Part shown: positions 24,348 to 25,594 of the stretch, one piece after another
How the letters are laid out: every line of letters begins with the position of its first letter
How positions within the stretch are numbered: the first letter of the stretch is position 1
DNA from: Bdellovibrionales bacterium
GTDB taxonomy: Bacteria; Bdellovibrionota; Bdellovibrionia; Bdellovibrionales; JAGQZY01
Length of the DNA stretch: 25,594 nt
Reading direction: 5' to 3'
Assembly (NCBI GenBank): GCA_031426555.1
Contig: JANPLN010000022.1
Location: 1 to 25,594, forward strand
The notes under the pieces: model-generated
Database searches by the model: none
Seen by the model: only the letters and a program-made list of their open reading frames with translations
What the model was told of the DNA's origin: nothing
Made by a program: the position numbers and the translations under genes

Positions 24348-25594
24348 ATGGCTCAAGTCGCTAACAGTCGCATTGATACCACGCCCGAACTGGTTAAAAA
24401 TGTGTACCAAAACACGCGTCTGCGCTTGGACATCATTCGCAAACGCTTGGGGCGACCTCTCACTTTGGCCGAAAAAGTTGTCTACGGGCATTTAGACGAC
24501 CCGCAAAACCAGGAACTCGAACGCGGAAAAAGCTTTTTGATGTTGCGCCCCGATCGCGTGGCCATGCAGGATGCCACTGCTCAGATGGCTTTGTTGCAAT
24601 TTATGCTCGCCGATAAAGACGAAGCGGCCGTGCCGTCGTCGGTGCATTGTGATCATTTGATTTTGGCTTACAAAGGAGCTTCGGAAGATCTTAAACAATC
24701 AAACCTTGAGAGCAATGAGGTTTACAGCTTTTTATCAAGCTGCGCCAGTCGCTACGGAATAGGCTTTTGGAAACCCGGTGCGGGAATTATTCACCAAGTG
24801 GTTTTAGAAAACTATGCGTTTCCCGGTGGCTTGATGATTGGAACAGATTCCCACACGCCTAATGCCGGTGGTCTGGGAATGGTGGCGGTCGGTGTGGGCG
24901 GATCGGACGCCTCGGATGTGATGGTAGGACTTGCCTGGGAAGTTAAAAATCCACAGTTGATCGGTGTGCATCTTAAGGGAAAACTTTCGGGATGGACCTC
25001 GCCCAAAGATATTATTCTAAAACTTCTCGGGATTTTAACCGTTAAAGGTGGAACAGATCGTATCGTCGAATATTTTGGCGAAGGCACAAAATCCATCAGC
25101 TGCACGGGTAAAGCGACAATCACTAACATGGGAGCTGAACTTGGAGCGACCTGTTCCCTTTTCCCTTATGATGATCGCATGAAAACCTACCTCAATGTGA
25201 CTAAGCGAGAAAAGCTTGCTCAATTAGCGGATCAAAATTTAGATATTTTAACCGCTGATGAAGATGTGGTAAAAAATCCGACAAAGTATTTCGATCAAGT
25301 CATCGAAATCGATCTCGATAAATTGGAACCGCATCTCGTTGGGCCGCACACTCCTGATCTTGCACACAGTATCAGTGAAATCAAAGCGGCAGCGGTTGCT
25401 AATAAATGGCCCACAAAGCTGTCTGCAGCGTTGATTGGCTCTTGCACAAACTCGTCCTACGAAGACATCGGACGGGCTACATTTATTGCCGAGCAGGCCT
25501 TGGCTGCGGGAATGAAAATGCCGCAAACATTTATGGTCTCTCCAGGATCCGCACTGATTAAAAACACCATCGAGCGCGATGGCCAGATGCAAAA
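24348..25594 (+). CDS. Aconitate hydratase (mitochondrial-type), N-terminal part; runs off the window edge
   Basis: Hand translation: MAQVANSR...[14 protein letters not shown]...[20 protein letters not shown]...VHCDHLI...GAGIIHQ...[11 protein letters not shown]...[12 protein letters not shown]. Not in the ORF track (no stop in the window). Confidence 0.95.
   Translation, partial: MAQVANSRIDTTPELVKNVYQNTRLRLDIIRKRLGRPLTLAEKVVYGHLDDPQNQELERGKSFLMLRPDRVAMQDATAQMALLQFMLADKDEAAVPSSVHCDHLILAYKGASEDLKQSNLESNEVYSFLSSCASRYGIGFWKPGAGIIHQVVLENYAFPGGLMIGTDSHTPNAGGLGMVAVGVGGSDASDVMVGLAWEVKNPQLIGVHLKGKLSGWTSPKDIILKLLGILTVKGGTDRIVEYFGEGTKSISCTGKATITNMGAELGATCSLFPYDDRMKTYLNVTKREKLAQLADQNLDILTADEDVVKNPTKYFDQVIEIDLDKLEPHLVGPHTPDLAHSISEIKAAAVANKWPTKLSAALIGSCTNSSYEDIGRATFIAEQALAAGMKMPQTFMVSPGSALIKNTIERDGQMQ

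Noticed and set aside
8945..25594. HDAC + Topo VI + mitochondrial-type aconitase as a eukaryote/archaea-derived island
   Set aside because: The genes are not contiguous, each family is known in bacteria, and all have bacterial expression signals.

Overview
Gene-dense bacterial chromosomal window. A Bdellovibrionota/deltaproteobacteria-like host is inferred from the bacterial topoisomerase VI, the mitochondrial-type aconitase and a sigma28-like promoter. Left arm: 2-oxoacid:ferredoxin oxidoreductase beta (partial) and alpha, an acyltransferase, a degenerate CdsA-like protein, a sigma54 activator and serA. Middle: about 8.2 kb bracketed by two direct copies of a 57-bp palindromic REP-like element. 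It carries an ECF sigma/anti-sigma/secreted-protein cassette, HAD and HDAC hydrolases, a variant Glu/Asp racemase overlapping an unusual three-domain protein (cysteine-dioxygenase cupin + caspase-like His/Cys domain + SAM methyltransferase), a small secreted protein and a polytopic membrane protein. Right arm: a D-2-hydroxyglutarate dehydrogenase-like FAD enzyme, an RR-RR-HK-Hpt phosphorelay, a DUF3667 protein, an unlisted 55-aa DUF2892-like ORF, grxD, bolA, a small HNH protein, top6B-top6A and aconitase (partial). The best candidate for an undescribed system is the dioxygenase-peptidase-methyltransferase fusion with its coupled variant racemase. No rRNA, tRNA, CRISPR array, integrase or transposase was seen. 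All family calls come from reading motifs by eye; no database search was run.
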